Shown in pieces: positions 1 to 12,362 of a DNA stretch of 37,007 nucleotides. The DNA lies in assembly GCF_004010195.1 (NCBI RefSeq), contig NC_057758.1, forward strand, positions 5,535,128-5,572,134, written 5' to 3'. Both the position numbers and the translations under genes were made by a program. The notes under the pieces were generated by a model, which saw only the letters and a program-made list of their open reading frames with translations, made no database searches and was not told the origin of the DNA. Positions within the stretch are counted from its first letter, which is position 1. Each line of letters starts with the position of its first letter. Source of the stretch: Chiloscyllium plagiosum. Its lineage: Eukaryota.

Positions 1-2009
1 TTTCTTATACGTGAAGTATTCAGAATTAAAATGGTGTAATATAATTCTTGTAATAGATTGGATAGAATACTGAACAGGGAAATATGGTATCTTACATACC
101 GAAAAGGAGGATGAATCCTGAGTACAGGAAATGGAATGATTATGAACTGACGTACAATGCTCTAAAGATTATCTTACAATACGCATTGTACACGAATCTT
201 ACTTTCAGACACCCACTGTGAACTCCAGTGATAGTAGGCAACCTCTCAGTAGGATTTAAAGAAAAATAACGCATTTTCTGTTGAGCTGCGGGCAAATGCT
301 AAACACGGAGCTGTCTGTGCGATGTGAGATTATTCAAGTGTGAATTGTTCCGAACACTAAGATGGCCATGTTTCCTCCGATGAGATATGACATAAATGTC
401 AATGAGATATTATTAGCTGCTCCGTGACTGCTGGGAAACAGATCTCTGCATGTGAACTGAAAACCGTAAATTCAGTCAGTTTCTCAATAAATTGAAGCTC
501 TTTCGATTTTTCCACACTATATTAAAAGAGATAGGATTCCATTGTTCTTAATTCTCCATGTGTCCCTGGAAAACAAAAAAAATCTCAGACAAAAAGGAGC
601 TTTTGTCACTGTCTAACTCAAAATTAATTTTCAAAGAGATTTTTGCCGAAAGCGAAAGCTTATCCCAGACTTCATTTGCCCTACTTTATATTACATAACA
701 GGCAGTTCTTTGTTTTAGTCCCCACTATTCTCCCATTTTGTATTAAATATGCAAATTTTGAACGTTTTCTGTCTCTGGCTTGAACTCTTAGTTCTGGACA
801 ATTTTCCAGTTTTGGCAGGGGGAGAAAGGTGTGCTAGGTTTTTAGTCGACAAAACTAACCTCCTGGGTTAAAGTGGGAAAACAAGTCACGCAGCAAATGC
901 ATCCATCAAGTAAGGAGAGCAAATTGGTTTCCGTCTCATGTTTTGTCATACTTTAAGGTTGATGCTGTGCACTCCTCTACAATTCCATTAACAAAGGTAT
1001 CCCTCAGACATTGCAAATGTTGCACAACCTTGCGTCTCTGACTGTTGGAGCGGCCTATGTTTAAAGCTGACATGAAATGGATGCGCAGTACCTTTTAATT
1101 GACATAAAGTGGCGGAAAGCGAATTAGCAGCTAGATATAGCACTTTCGTAGGAAGTCTTTTGTCTCCACACAGAGTGATTGGATATGATAGTGAAAGATC
1201 CCGTGGGAGTCATAAAATTGTCTAAATGAGAATAATTTAATCAAATTTCTACATCCAGGAACTTTGAACACAAAGACATTTTGATAAAGAATACTCTTAA
1301 GAAAGAAACATGCACCTGAGCATTAACCACAGTGCCCAGTTTGTTGCTCAGTAAAATGTCGAAAGGAAAGATTTGTTCTGCAATGATCTGAAATTATTAG
1401 GGAATTATGCGTCAGAAATGTAAACCTATAATCCAACATCAAGACATGAAGTGGAAGAAGATAACGATTGTCTATATATATGTGCATATATTGTGTAAAC
1501 TGGGACAAAACGAGCAATTGCTATCAACGCATAAACTCTAACAGAGAACCGCAGCTTGGGAAGGGGTAGAGAAAAGTCATAAATCACAGTCATTATAACA
1601 GTAGCGACAGAAACAATTGCAGTTTAACATATCAGCAAACAGATTTCTATGCCTGTAAATTTGCCGAACAGATTTGTGAATTTGCCGAATACATCTGTGC
1701 ACCAAGACATCAAAGGAAAGATGACAAAGATAAATTATAAGATAAAAGTTGGAGCGAATTCATGTACTGGTGTACAATCAGAATCCAAATAACGTTGTCT
1801 TAATGACTTGGTTAAACAGTGAAACTGATTGAACTTCGCCCTCACAAATGGAACTACAATAGATATTGTCTTATTCAGTAAAGATACTTTGTTTAGCTCA
1901 GGGGCGGAAGCGTTTGTCCAAGAAACAAAATTCTGTTTAAAAGCAACATAAAGCATGTGCAGATGCAGCGATGCTCCAATGAGATTATTGGAGGATTGGT
2001 AATGCAAAG

Positions 2010-2285
2010 TCCCCGGTTAAATTCCAGGGATCCCGTTTTGAGTCGTGTCACGACAGATGGTCGAATTTGAGTTCCACAAAAATCTCGGATTCTGAGTCAG
2101 CTGTTGGAAAATCGCATCCGGTTCACAGATGTCCTTCAGAACAGGAAACAGTCAACCTTAACGGGTATGGCCTGCAGGTGATTTCTGACCCACAGCAAGG
2201 AACTTGACTATTAACTGCCCTTTGGGTTATGAGGGATCGGCAATAAATGCTGGCCTAACCAGCGATACCCTTATCCACTGAATTA
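2010..2285 (+). mobile_element. Degenerate SINE with LINE-like 3' tail
   Basis: Central 'ccggttcacagatgtccttcagaacaggaaac...gacccacagcaagg' and tail 'ggcaataaatgctggcctaaccagcgatacccttatcc' resemble a common elasmobranch SINE as I recall it. A related reverse copy lies near 15180-15330. Confidence 0.5.
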
Positions 2286-3228
2286 ACCAAACAAAACGGC
2301 AGAAGTCGTTAACTGCAGCTTCAAGACAGACAGACTGTGGGTGTTTGCCCCTCTCAGGGCCACGTGAATGAGAATCTGTCCCCAGTTCATCAACCTTGCC
2401 ACAGACTAAGGTCGCTTTTTGTTCGAGCCAATCTTAACAAAAATCTTTATTAACTTAGTTGCGATTACCAATCATTGAAATCTACCGAATTAAATTTAAT
2501 GCGGAATATAAATTAAAACACGGTGTTCAGAGGAGTCCTTAGGAGTAAGTAAACATCCAGGTTACTGGCAAATATATGAGAAGACAAAGAATTACCGAAT
2601 CATGGATTCCTACCTGTCGGTCAACGCTAACCCCCGTTCCTGCATTTAGCCCATATTATTCTAAATATTTCATGTTCATGTCATGGTCCAAATAAATTTT
2701 AAATATTGTTAATATATCTGACTCAACCACTTCTATTGACAGCTAATTCCATGTGCATTCCACATTGAACGAATTGGAGTAAATGAGATCCCTTGCAATA
2801 CCCAAAAGACAAATCATAACTGAAAAGTTCATGGGAGGACTGAGGGGTGCCAGTCGTGTTGTCCAAAATTGATTGTGTGTTCACAGCATTGAATGTGTAG
2901 ACTAAGGAAATGTGGCTAACAATAACATCAATGGTGCATGTAAATACTTACAATGCAAAATGCATAAAACTGCTGTAATTGGCTTGGAGAAGGCAGAGTA
3001 TCCTTTAGAGAGACGTTTCCCACCCTGCATTGGGAAGGAGCTGCGAATGAATGTTGATTGGGCTGCTAAGCACAGGACTCAGGACCCAGGACTCCTGTTT
3101 TTTATCTTTCCCGTGAAAACGCACCAATATGCCGACAATGCTTACCTTAGGACATAGAACAGTACAGCACAGAACAGGCCCTTCAGCCCACGATGTTGTG
3201 CCGACCATTGATCCTCATGTATGCACCC

Positions 3229-5990
3229 TCAAATTTCTGTGACCATATGCATGTCCAGCAGTCTCTTAAATGTCCCCATTGAGCTTGCTTCCAGAACTGC
3301 TGCTGGCAACGCATTCCATGCTCTGACAACTATCTGTGAAAAGAACCCGCCTCTGACATCCCGTCTATACTTTCCTCCAACCAGCTTAAAACTATGATTC
3401 CTCGTATTAGCCATTTCTGCCCTGGGAAATAGTCTCTGGCTATCAACTCTATCTATGCCTCTCAATATCTTGTATATCTCAATTAGGTCCCCTCTCCTCC
3501 TCCTTTTCTCCAATGAAAAACGTCCGAGCTCAGTCAGCCTCTCTTCATAAGATAAGCCCTCTAGTCCGGGTAGCATCCTGGTAAACCTCCTCTGAACCTT
3601 CTCCAAAGCATCCACATCTTTTCTATAATAGGGCGACCAGAATTGGACGCAGTATTCCAAGTGCGGTCTAACCAAAGTTTTGTAGAGCTGCAACAAGATC
3701 TCACGACTCTTAAACTCAATCCCCCGTTAATAAAAGCCAAAACACCATATGTTTTCTTAACAATCCTGTCCACTTGGGTGGTCACTTTAAGGGATCTATG
3801 TACCTGCACACCAAAATCCCTCTTTTCCTCCACACTGCCAAGAATCCTATCCTTAATCCTGTACTCAGCTTTCAAATTCGATCTTCCAAAATGCATCACC
3901 TCGCATTTATCCAGGTTAAAAACCATTTGCCCATCTCAGCCCATCTCTGCATTCTATCAATGTCCCGCTGCAGCCTACAACATCCCTCTATACTATCAAC
4001 GACACCTCCAACCTTTGTGTCGTCTGCAAACTTGCTGACCCATCCTTCAATCTCCTCATCGAAGTCATTAATAAAAATTACAAACAGTAGAGGACCAAGG
4101 ACAGAGCCCTGTGGAACACCACTCACCATTGACTTCCAGACAGAATATTTTCCTTCTACTACCACTCGCTGTCTTCTGTTGGCCAGCCAATCCTGTATCC
4201 AGAGAGCTAAGTTCCCCTGTATCCCATTCCTCCTGACCTTCTGAATGAGGTTACCATTGGGAACCTTATCAAATGCCTTGCTGATGTCCATATACACCAC
4301 ATCCACAGCTCGACCCTCATCAACTTTTCTAGTCACATCCTCAAAGAACTCGATAAGGTTTGTGAGGCATGACCTGCCGCTCACAAAGCCGTGTTGATGA
4401 CATTTAATCAAGCCATGCTCTTCCAGATGGTCATAAATCCTATCCCTCATAATCCTTTCTAACTCCTTGCAGACGACAGACGTGAGACTTACTGGTCTGT
4501 AATTGCCGGGGAATTTCCCTATTTCCTTTCTTGAAGAGAGGAATTACATTTGCCTCTCTCCAGTCCTCAGGTACGACTCCAGTGGAGAGAGAGGATGCAA
4601 AGATCTTCGCAAGTGGCGAAGCAGTCGCATTTATCGTTACCGAAAGCAGCCGAGGACAAATCTGGTCCGGGCCTGGCGACTTGTCAATCTTAATATTTGA
4701 CAAAATGTTCAGCACATCAGCTTCCTCTATCTTTATCCATTCCATAATGCACATCTGCTCTTCAAAGGTTTCATTCACTACCTAGTTCGTTTCTTCGTAA
4801 AGACAGAAGCAAAAAACTCATTTAGGTCTTCCCCTACCTCCTCAGACTCCACACACAAATTCCCTATGCTATCCCTGATCGGCCCTAATCTTTCTTTGAC
4901 CAGTCCCTTATTCCTTACATAAGTGTCAAATGCCTTTGTGTTCTCCCTAATCCATTCTGCCAAGCCTTTCTCGTGCCCCCTCCTGGCTCTTCTCAGACCA
5001 GTTTTGAGCTCCTTCCTCGCCTGCCTGTAATCCTTTCGAGCTGAGCTTGACCCTAGCTTCCTCCACCTTATATAAGCTATCTTTTTCCTTTTGATGAGAA
5101 GCTCCACCGCTCTCGTCATCCAAGTTTCCTTTATCTTACCATTTCTTGCCTGTCTCAGAGGGATATATGTATTCATCACTTGCAACAACTGTTCCTTAAA
5201 CAGTCTCCACATGTCCACATTGCCCTGACCATGGAACAATGGATCCCAGTCCATGCTTCCTAACTCTAATCGCATCATAGTTTCCTCTTCCCCAATTAAA
5301 AATGTGTGAGGCAGTTGTGGTCACTATCGCCAGAATGGTCTCCCACCACAAGATCCGATACCTGCCCCGGCTCCTTTCCGAGCACCAAGTCCAGAATGGC
5401 CTCTCCCCTCGTCGGCCTGTCAACGTACAGAGTTACGAAACCCTCCTGAACACACCTTACAAAAACAGCTCCATTCAAATCTTCTGCTCGAAGGAGGTTC
5501 CAATCAATATTGGGAAAGTTAAATATTACAACAACCCGACAACGTCCACACTTTTCCAAAATCTGCCGACCCATGCTTTCATCAATCTCCCTGCTGCTAT
5601 TGGGGGCTGTAGTAAACCCCTAAGGTGGTGACTGCTCCCTTGCTGTTCCTAATTTCCACCCATGCTGACTCGGTAGGCAGATCTTCCTCGCCAATGGAAG
5701 CTTCTGTAGCTGTGATACCTTCTCTGATTAGTAGTGCTACACCCCCTCCTCTCACCCCCCCCCCCCTTATTCTTTTGAAATGCTCTAAACTCTGGAACAT
5801 CCGCAACCATTCCTGCCCCTGAGAAACCCATGTCTCTATTATGGCTACAAGATCATAGCACCAGTACTGATCCATGCAAAAGTTCATCACTTTTATTCCT
5901 GATACTCCTTGCGTTAAAGCAAACACACTTTAACTGATCCCTTGGTTCCTTCCCAGGAAAATCCTTCCCACTAGCTGGTCTACCTCTTGC
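3229..5990 (-). pseudogene. CR1 ORF2p (AP endonuclease + reverse transcriptase), fragmented
   Basis: Collinear ORF pieces 5853-6146, 5597-5926, 5296-5574, 4778-5278, 4440-4778, 3896-4450, 3561-3926 and 3229-3696 carry the CR1 motifs in order. Confidence 0.92.
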
Positions 5991-6018
5991 TATTGCCTCA
6001 TCTGCATCAACTCTCACC

Positions 6019-6113
6019 NNNNNNNNNNNNNNNNNNNNNNNNNNNNNNNNNNNNNNNNNNNNNNNNNNNNNNNNNNNNNNNNNNNNNNNNNNNNNNNNNN
6101 NNNNNNNNNNNNN
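6019..6113. other. Assembly gap (N run)
   Basis: Run of n. Confidence 1.
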
Positions 6114-6147
6114 GGTATACAGCTCCCCCCCCCCCCCACCCGCCATA

Positions 6148-7070
6148 CTAGTTTAAACCCTCTTGAACTACTCGAGCGAACCTTCCACCCAGGACATTGG
6201 TCCCCTTCCAGTTCAGATGCAACCCGTCGTTCTTGCACAGGTCCCACCTTCCCCAGAAGGCATCCCAATTATCTACATATCTGAAGTCCTCCCTCCTGCA
6301 CCAGCTGCGCAGCCACGTGTTAGGCTGCGCCCGCTCCCTGTTCCTCACCTCGCTATCTCGTGGCACCGGTAGTAAACTAGAGAACACTACTCTGTTCTTC
6401 CTGCTTTGCAGCTTCCATCCTAACTCCCTGAAATCACTTTTTATATCCTCAATCATTTTCCTGGCTATATCATTAGTGCCAAAATTAACACGATTTCTGG
6501 CTGTTCGCCCTCCCCTTTTAGGACCTTGTACACCCGATCGGAGACTTCCCGGACCCTGGCACCTGGGATGCAATATACCTTCCGGGAATCCCGATCCTGA
6601 CCATAAAATCTCCTGTCGATTCCCCTAACAATCGAGTCCCCTACTGCGAGTACTTTTCTATTCTGCCCCCTTCCCTTCTTTGCCACACTGCCAGAGAACT
6701 GACGACTATGGCTTTCCTCTGGTAGGTCATCCCCCCGAGCAGTAACCAAAACGGTATACTTGTTGTTGAGGGGAATGTCCACAGGGGATGTCTGCACTGT
6801 CTGTCTGTCCCCTTTCCTCCCCCTAAATGTAACACATCTATCCTTGTCCTGAGCCTTAGGAGTGACCAACTCCCGGTAACTCCTCTCAATTACCCCCTCA
6901 GCCTTCCGAATGATCCGCAGTTCATCCTGCTCCAGCTCCAATTCCCTAACACGGTTTTCAAGGAGCTGGATTTGGGTGCACTTCCCGCAGATGTAGCCAG
7001 TGGAGACGTGTGCCATGTCTCCCACCTGCCACATTCTGCAGGAGGAGCAAGCAACTGCCCTAGCATCCAT
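6148..7070 (-). pseudogene. CR1 ORF1p (zinc finger/leucine zipper + SGNH esterase), frameshifted
   Basis: Overlapping ORFs 6465-7070 (CSSCRMW...CGKC, VGDSIVR) and 6148-6573 (GTND, DGLHLN). Confidence 0.9.
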
Positions 7071-7685
7071 ACCCGACTTATCTGAACACGCACTCAGTAC
7101 TAAAACATAAAACTTAGTTCAAGTTGCTATAAAATTAATAACAAACTTATATTCAATAGAGGAAGTTTAGAATGAACCTTACCTTATTAACTAGGTTAGA
7201 GGAGGAGGGGCGGGTGGGAGACACTAGCCACCTTGCTGATATATATGGTCACTGCTTTCCTTCCCGGCTGCCCCTTTGGTCCTCGTCACTTCATCCGCTA
7301 CTCCCGCTCCTTCTGTGAAAGAGAAAACACCGCTGCCCGCTACCGGTAAATAATTTTTATAATCTGCCTTACCTTAACTGCAGTCTTCCGGGTTCGTCTT
7401 ACCTCCGCTGCTGCTGGCACTCAAAATGGCCGTTGGCGAAGTTGAACGATAATCTCCACCGTGAACACTTCAACCTGATTCAGTCCCGTTGAAATGAGTC
7501 GCAAGTTTGAAAAGTAAACTTCAAACTAACTGTAGGATTGAAAATGCACTCATTGTGTTTTCTCTCAGAAATAGATAGTAGAGTGGAATGAGAAGGTGCG
7601 AGGCTCCTCTGGGGTGAACTATTTAACTACTGGACTCTCTAGCCAATGAGAATGATTCAAAGAAAACTTCTGCTTTGTTGCATAC

Positions 7686-7800
7686 CTGAGGGACGTGGGG
7701 TCCAGATGGAAAAATCTGGGAGTTTCATGAAGAATCCGAAATTCTGGTTTGGAGGGTGTGCTGAGTTGAAATACAGGCCTCAGGGTATTTAAAGGAATGC
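7686..7800 (-). CDS. Candidate exon (115 nt) of an unidentified host gene
   Basis: Acceptor 'catctttttcag|' and donor 'cag|gtatgc'. Only the phase-1 frame is open: (G)IPLNTLRPVFQLSTPSKPEFRILHETPRFFHLDPTSL. Confidence 0.3.
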
Positions 7801-7837
7801 CTGAAAAAGATGCACTCATTAACCATGTTGCCATCCA

Positions 7838-7839
<2 letters not shown>

Positions 7840-7921
<82 letters not shown>
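7840..7921. repeat. (GT)41 microsatellite
   Basis: Perfect dinucleotide run. Confidence 0.99.
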
Positions 7922-7922
<1 letters not shown>

Positions 7923-8464
7923 ACTCGCCAACCACCCTTGCAAGAGCGCAAGAGCATGGTTTTGGACTTGATGTGAGAGACGGATTGTGAAAATTCAAAG
8001 AGAGATGGCAGGAATCATACATTTTCTTTCATTTATATTTCAGTTTGCTTTCTTTGGTGAAATTGGTCTCTCATCTTCTGTCTCAAATCTGCTTTCTTGT
8101 ATGTTTTTGACGTCGTCTCGGTTTCCCTGCATTGACCCTCTCTCACACATCCCCTTGCTGGTATTTCTTACTTTCTGTGTCTGACAGACATTGTCCCTTT
8201 TTCCCTGAATCCGTCCGGCAGCCTCTTTCTCTTTTTCCGAAAAATGATCTCAATCTATCCTTCCAGAGTGAAAAAGAGTTGGGTTTTGGGGGAGAGAAAT
8301 ACAATTGAGCGAGATACAGTTAACGGTAGATTGAAAGAGAAGAGAGAGGAGATTGCGAAAGAGATTCGATGAAGTGAAGATCGTTCGAGAGAGAACTGAC
8401 TGTGGTGCAGACAACGAACATCAGAGCAGATGGTCAAGGGCCTGCAATCCTGAGAGACGACGTT

Positions 8465-8734
8465 ATTTGAGTGAGATTCACAGTAAATTTGAGTTTATAA
8501 CGTTTCAGCAATTAACTGTTTCTGAAAACAATGAGATGAAAAGAAGGCAGAAAATTAGAGAAAGTAAAATACATGGGATATTTCGAAATATAATGGGCGA
8601 TTTGAGTGAGATTCACAGTAAATTTGAGTTTATAACGTTTCAGCAATTAACTGTTTCTGAAAACAATGAGATGAAAAGAAGGCAGAAATTAAAGAAAGTA
8701 AAATACATGGGATATTTCGAAATATAATGGGCGA
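8465..8734. repeat. Near-perfect ~135-bp tandem duplication
   Basis: 'atttgagtgagattcacagt...ataatgggcg' occurs at 8465 and again at 8600. The copies differ only at agaaaattagag vs agaaattaaag. Confidence 0.97.
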
Positions 8735-9344
8735 CAGATGTGAATCATGTGTAAAAATGTGAATTTGGAGAAAAAAGTTAGAAGCATGTGGATATGAGCG
8801 ACGCAAGTATGTGAGAACGCACTGGACTCGTTGCAGCAACCTTTTCAACCTTTTTCGTGTTTTGCCTACATCGTGCCCGCAACTCCAAACTTGTTGCAAG
8901 AAAAGCCACAGACCGTCTGATCTATATGATTGTTTTTACTGAATGTACAAATGAGTAAAAAGGTTCTTGCATTTGAGAATTTATTCCGTACTGGTGTCAT
9001 GAGGCCATTATATTTAATTAAGTTATGGATGTTAATTATCGACGGAGGCCAGCGTCTTAATGGCACATCTGAGCTCTAGAATGTCATTTCAGCTCAGGAC
9101 GCAATTCTATGCTTGTTTGTTTCATTCTTTTTCCAATACCACGTGGACCTTTCAGTCACAATTGCAAGCAAGATGACGTTAAACTTATGAGTGCGTTAGT
9201 CACTGAAAACTGTTACCTATTGACAATTTCCAAATCACAAACGAGAACTTGATCCAATGCAATGGAAACCTCTGGCTTGTCTTGGATAGGTTCATTAATT
9301 TTTGTTTTAACGGATCCCATGCTCAATCACCATTTCAAACAAAG

Positions 9345-9445
9345 CCAGAAATTGCAGCAGAAAATCAGGATGTCTCAACACATCTTTGGAAAAAAAGCAG
9401 AGTTCACGATTCGAATCCAAGCACTTTTCACCAAGACTGTTAGCA
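9345..9445 (-). mobile_element. Degenerate Penelope-type pLTR fragment
   Basis: Reverse strand reads 'ttggtgaaaagtgcttggattcgaatcgtgaactctgc...cctgattttctgctgcaatttc', similar in layout to the pLTR tails at 31950-32040 and 35330-35415. Confidence 0.4.
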
Positions 9446-9494
9446 CGTATTCAATCTGAAGAAAAGCTACGTGACTCAAAATACAAATAAAAAA

Positions 9495-9660
9495 GAAATT
9501 TATAGCACAGGAACAGGCCCTTCAGCCCTCCAAACCTGCACCAATCCAATTCCTCTACCTCAACCTATGGCATATTTTCTGAGGATATGTATTCCTTTGC
9601 TCACTGCCCCGTACATACATCTGTGTAGATGCATCATGTATGACTCTATCGTTCCCTCCT
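9495..9660 (-). mobile_element. CR1 3'-tail fragment
   Basis: 'agcacaggaacaggcccttcagccc' matches the CR1 tail at 3165-3190. Confidence 0.65.
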
Positions 9661-9907
9661 ATTGAAATATTAAATGCGCTTTCTTGAGAGAGCAGACGAA
9701 ACGATTTTGGGAGAAAGAAATTGATAGAGTTGCGAGCAATTGTAAAAAGCTATCAGTCAGAAGGGGACAACGGAAAGTTTCAAATATGGATACGTGTTCG
9801 CCACATTGAAGGGAATCAAGGTCAAGAAATTATATTTGGATAACAAGTGAAAGTTCACTGTAAAAGTGAAAGGCCAGATTTGAAATTAAACCAGGATAAG
9901 TGCTGAC

Positions 9908-10020
9908 CTCGGAACATTGAAGAAACCAGTCGCAGCTTTCTCTCGAGCAAAATGTAAAAAAAAAACAGGTTCCACAACATCTTCTCCAATTCCAATGGCT
10001 GGATTCACAACTGTTCACAT
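9908..10020 (-). CDS. Candidate exon (113 nt), Cys-rich
   Basis: Acceptor 'tcttctgatatttctag|' and donor 'gag|gtcagc'. Phase 1->0 frame is open: DVNSCESSHWNWRRCCGTCFFFTFCSRESCDWFLQCSE. Confidence 0.28.
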
Positions 10021-10756
10021 CTAGAAATATCAGAAGATTTCGGTTCATCCAGACAAAAGGCACTGTAGATGCTGGAAATTCTTTTTCCGCCAAAGGCAAT
10101 AACACTGTTTCAAATAATTAAGGTTCTCACTCAGATAATGCTCGATAACCTTCACACACCACGGCGAAGTGTCTACAGGAAACACCTGGTATCCGTGGCA
10201 AGGAACGTTTGTACGTCCATATACCATCCATTCCCTGAAACTCTCTCCAGGTGTTCCCAAACAGATATTATTATTTGAGACTGAGAAGAGTTTCGCCCGA
10301 AATCAGTCTGAAGACTTCACGGCTCCAGCCAATCCTTCAAGTCACTTAAATCCAATATTATTTTGTTCTGCCCTCTCTACTAAAGGTTTCAACGCCGATT
10401 GGTTTATCTGCCATTGTTTAACTTATGACAATTATGATTGCTGGGTGAATGGCATTGTTTCTGGACTCGCCTTGATTTTAAAGTGCTGTTACATAATAAG
10501 CATTCTCCATAATTTCGACACTCCTTGTAACGGAACCCTTATTCAGCTGTCATAACTTTCTGCTATCCAAAGCATTATCTGACAGGTACAGCATTCTCTA
10601 AATCGATATTTTCCTATTGCAGCGAAATGCTCCTTAATTCACAATTTCTGAAAGTCACAACTGCCTTCTCTCGCCTTGTCAAGCGTCAGAATCCAAGCAA
10701 CAGTAACTACATCTTAAGAATCACCGCTTAAAAATAGTCTTCAATACTTCTGTTAC

Positions 10757-10852
10757 CTGCTTTGGAACCTACAATACTTTCAATCTCGGAAACATTCTTC
10801 AACATCTTGGTGCTTCCTACATTTATTAGCCTGTGGCATTTTTGCATCTCTC
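10757..10852 (-). CDS. Candidate exon (96 nt)
   Basis: Acceptor 'tttacgtatttcag|' and donor 'cag|gtaaca'. Phase 1->1 frame is open: EMQKCHRLINVGSTKMLKNVSEIESIVGSKA. Phase-compatible with 9908-10020. Confidence 0.3.
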
Positions 10853-11340
10853 CTGAAATACGTAAATATCATATGATGGTTGGTGGAATTTATTGACACA
10901 AAAATCAAGATGTATGTTCAGTCATTTTTCTAATATAATAACAAAATTAATGCAGATCTTTGAAGTCTGAAATCATGCGACGCTTCCTCATCTCATTTGA
11001 CAGAGAAGTGCAACATGGAATTGCAAATTTGATCACGACATTACATGATGATTAGCTCCATAATCATAAGTTGGAAAGAGGTACATTTGGTATTCAAGTC
11101 AGACTTCCATGTTTGATTAGATATGCTACAGTATTTGGTTGTTCTACCGTGTCAAGAATTATATCCTTCAGCTGCCCCCTATATTCGAGATACAGAAATT
11201 GTCTAAACGTAAGCTCTGTATTAGAATAATTTTTATGTGTAATTGTTTCATCTTCTTGACTGTAATGCAATTTATAGAGGTCCATAAAGTTGTATTGTTT
11301 GGTTTTTAGGGTGCAAAGGACCTGTTTGCAAGTATTCAGT

Positions 11341-11640
11341 GGGGCGGCATGGTGGCACAGTGGTTAGCACTGCTGCCTCACAGTTCGAGAGAGCCGGGTT
11401 CAATTTCCACCTCAGGCAACTGTGGGAGTTTGCACATTCTCCCCGTGTGTGTGTGGGTTTCCTCCGGGTTCTCTGTTTTCCTCCCACAGTGCAGGTTCGG
11501 TGAATTGGCTATGCTAAATTGCCTGTAGTGTTAGGTGAAGGGGTAAATGTAGGGGAATAGTTGGGAGGGTTGCTCTTCGGAGGGTCGGTGTGGACTTGTT
11601 TGGCCGAAGGGCCTGTTTCCACACTGTAAGTAATCTAGTC
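11341..11640 (+). mobile_element. HE1-like V-SINE (tRNA-derived head, V domain, CR1-type tail)
   Basis: A box 'tggcacagtggtt', B box 'gggttcaatttcc', V domain 'ggagtttgcacattctccccgtg...gggtttcctccggg', tail 'ggccgaagggcctgtttccacactgtaagtaatcta'. Confidence 0.92.
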
Positions 11641-12099
11641 AATGCAACAGAAAAAAAAACTAATGACATGTAAGATTATGATTTGATGAACTCCGCCAAT
11701 TAAATAAGGATTGAGATATGAGGCCAAGCATATCAATGTTCAGCGTTTTTTTCTGCACAAGAGTCCTTTATGTCTTAGGAAATTGACAATAACAAAAACT
11801 AATGAAGAGCATGAAACAATGGATAAAAGACAACTGAAGAAATAGTCAGACGGTATCTGGAGGTGAGATTCAACAATTTCCTCCTCGTACAATTCCCGCT
11901 CGACGAAATCCTCCATGTTTATATACCCCTTTCTATACCTCTGCTCCCTTTATCTCCTTGCTTCAATAACCAACTCCAGGCTCACGTCCTCAAACCCTCA
12001 CTGCACGGAACTTTTTGTTTCATATTATATCCTTTCAACTACGGTAAAAGCTTCCAGGCTGTAAAACCATAGATCAAGAAAGGAGGTATATTTGATATG

Positions 12100-12300
12100 C
12101 TAAGTTTATTGTTTTATGTTTCTGCTATTATGTAAACAAACTGTAGTGCTGAACGGTTTAACTTGCTTCTTTTTTATTCTATTTCTGTGACTGGGTAATT
12201 TGTACTGAGATGGCGCTGTGTATGGTGACATTACACACTTTTCACTGCTCTCCGTACGTGTGTATACGTGGCAATAAAATCTAAATCAACTGTAAATCTA
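12100..12300 (+). mobile_element. Rex1/Babar-like 3' tail fragment
   Basis: 'ttttcactgctctccgtacgtgtgtatacgtggcaataaaatctaaatc' resembles the tail at 14362-14410. Confidence 0.45.
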
Positions 12301-12317
12301 AATATAAACGTTATTAC

Positions 12318-12362
12318 CTCTGTATCCTTTCCGTGGAATCCACCTTCCTTCATTTTAACCAC
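12318..12362 (-). CDS. Candidate micro-exon (45 nt)
   Basis: Acceptor 'gttttcaatctgtag|' and donor 'gag|gtaata'. Phase 0 frame VVKMKEGGFHGKDTE. Confidence 0.2.

Larger units (their letters stand above)
3152..7432 (-). mobile_element. Near full-length CR1 (HER1-like) LINE, decayed
   Basis: 5'UTR ~7100-7432. ORF1 has zinc finger plus SGNH esterase motifs. ORF2 has APE (CFNARSIRNK, LDLVLG, SDHN) and RT ([47 protein letters not shown]). TTCTATG-type tail at ~3152. Multiple frameshifts and one N gap. Confidence 0.95.

Noticed and set aside
3643..6628. Plus-strand ORFs of 130-156 aa
   Set aside because: Antisense shadows of the CR1 ORFs.
7619..7957. THTHTH-repeat ORFs
   Set aside because: Translation of the (GT)n microsatellite.
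11341..11415. tRNA-like A and B boxes
   Set aside because: SINE head; no complete cloverleaf.
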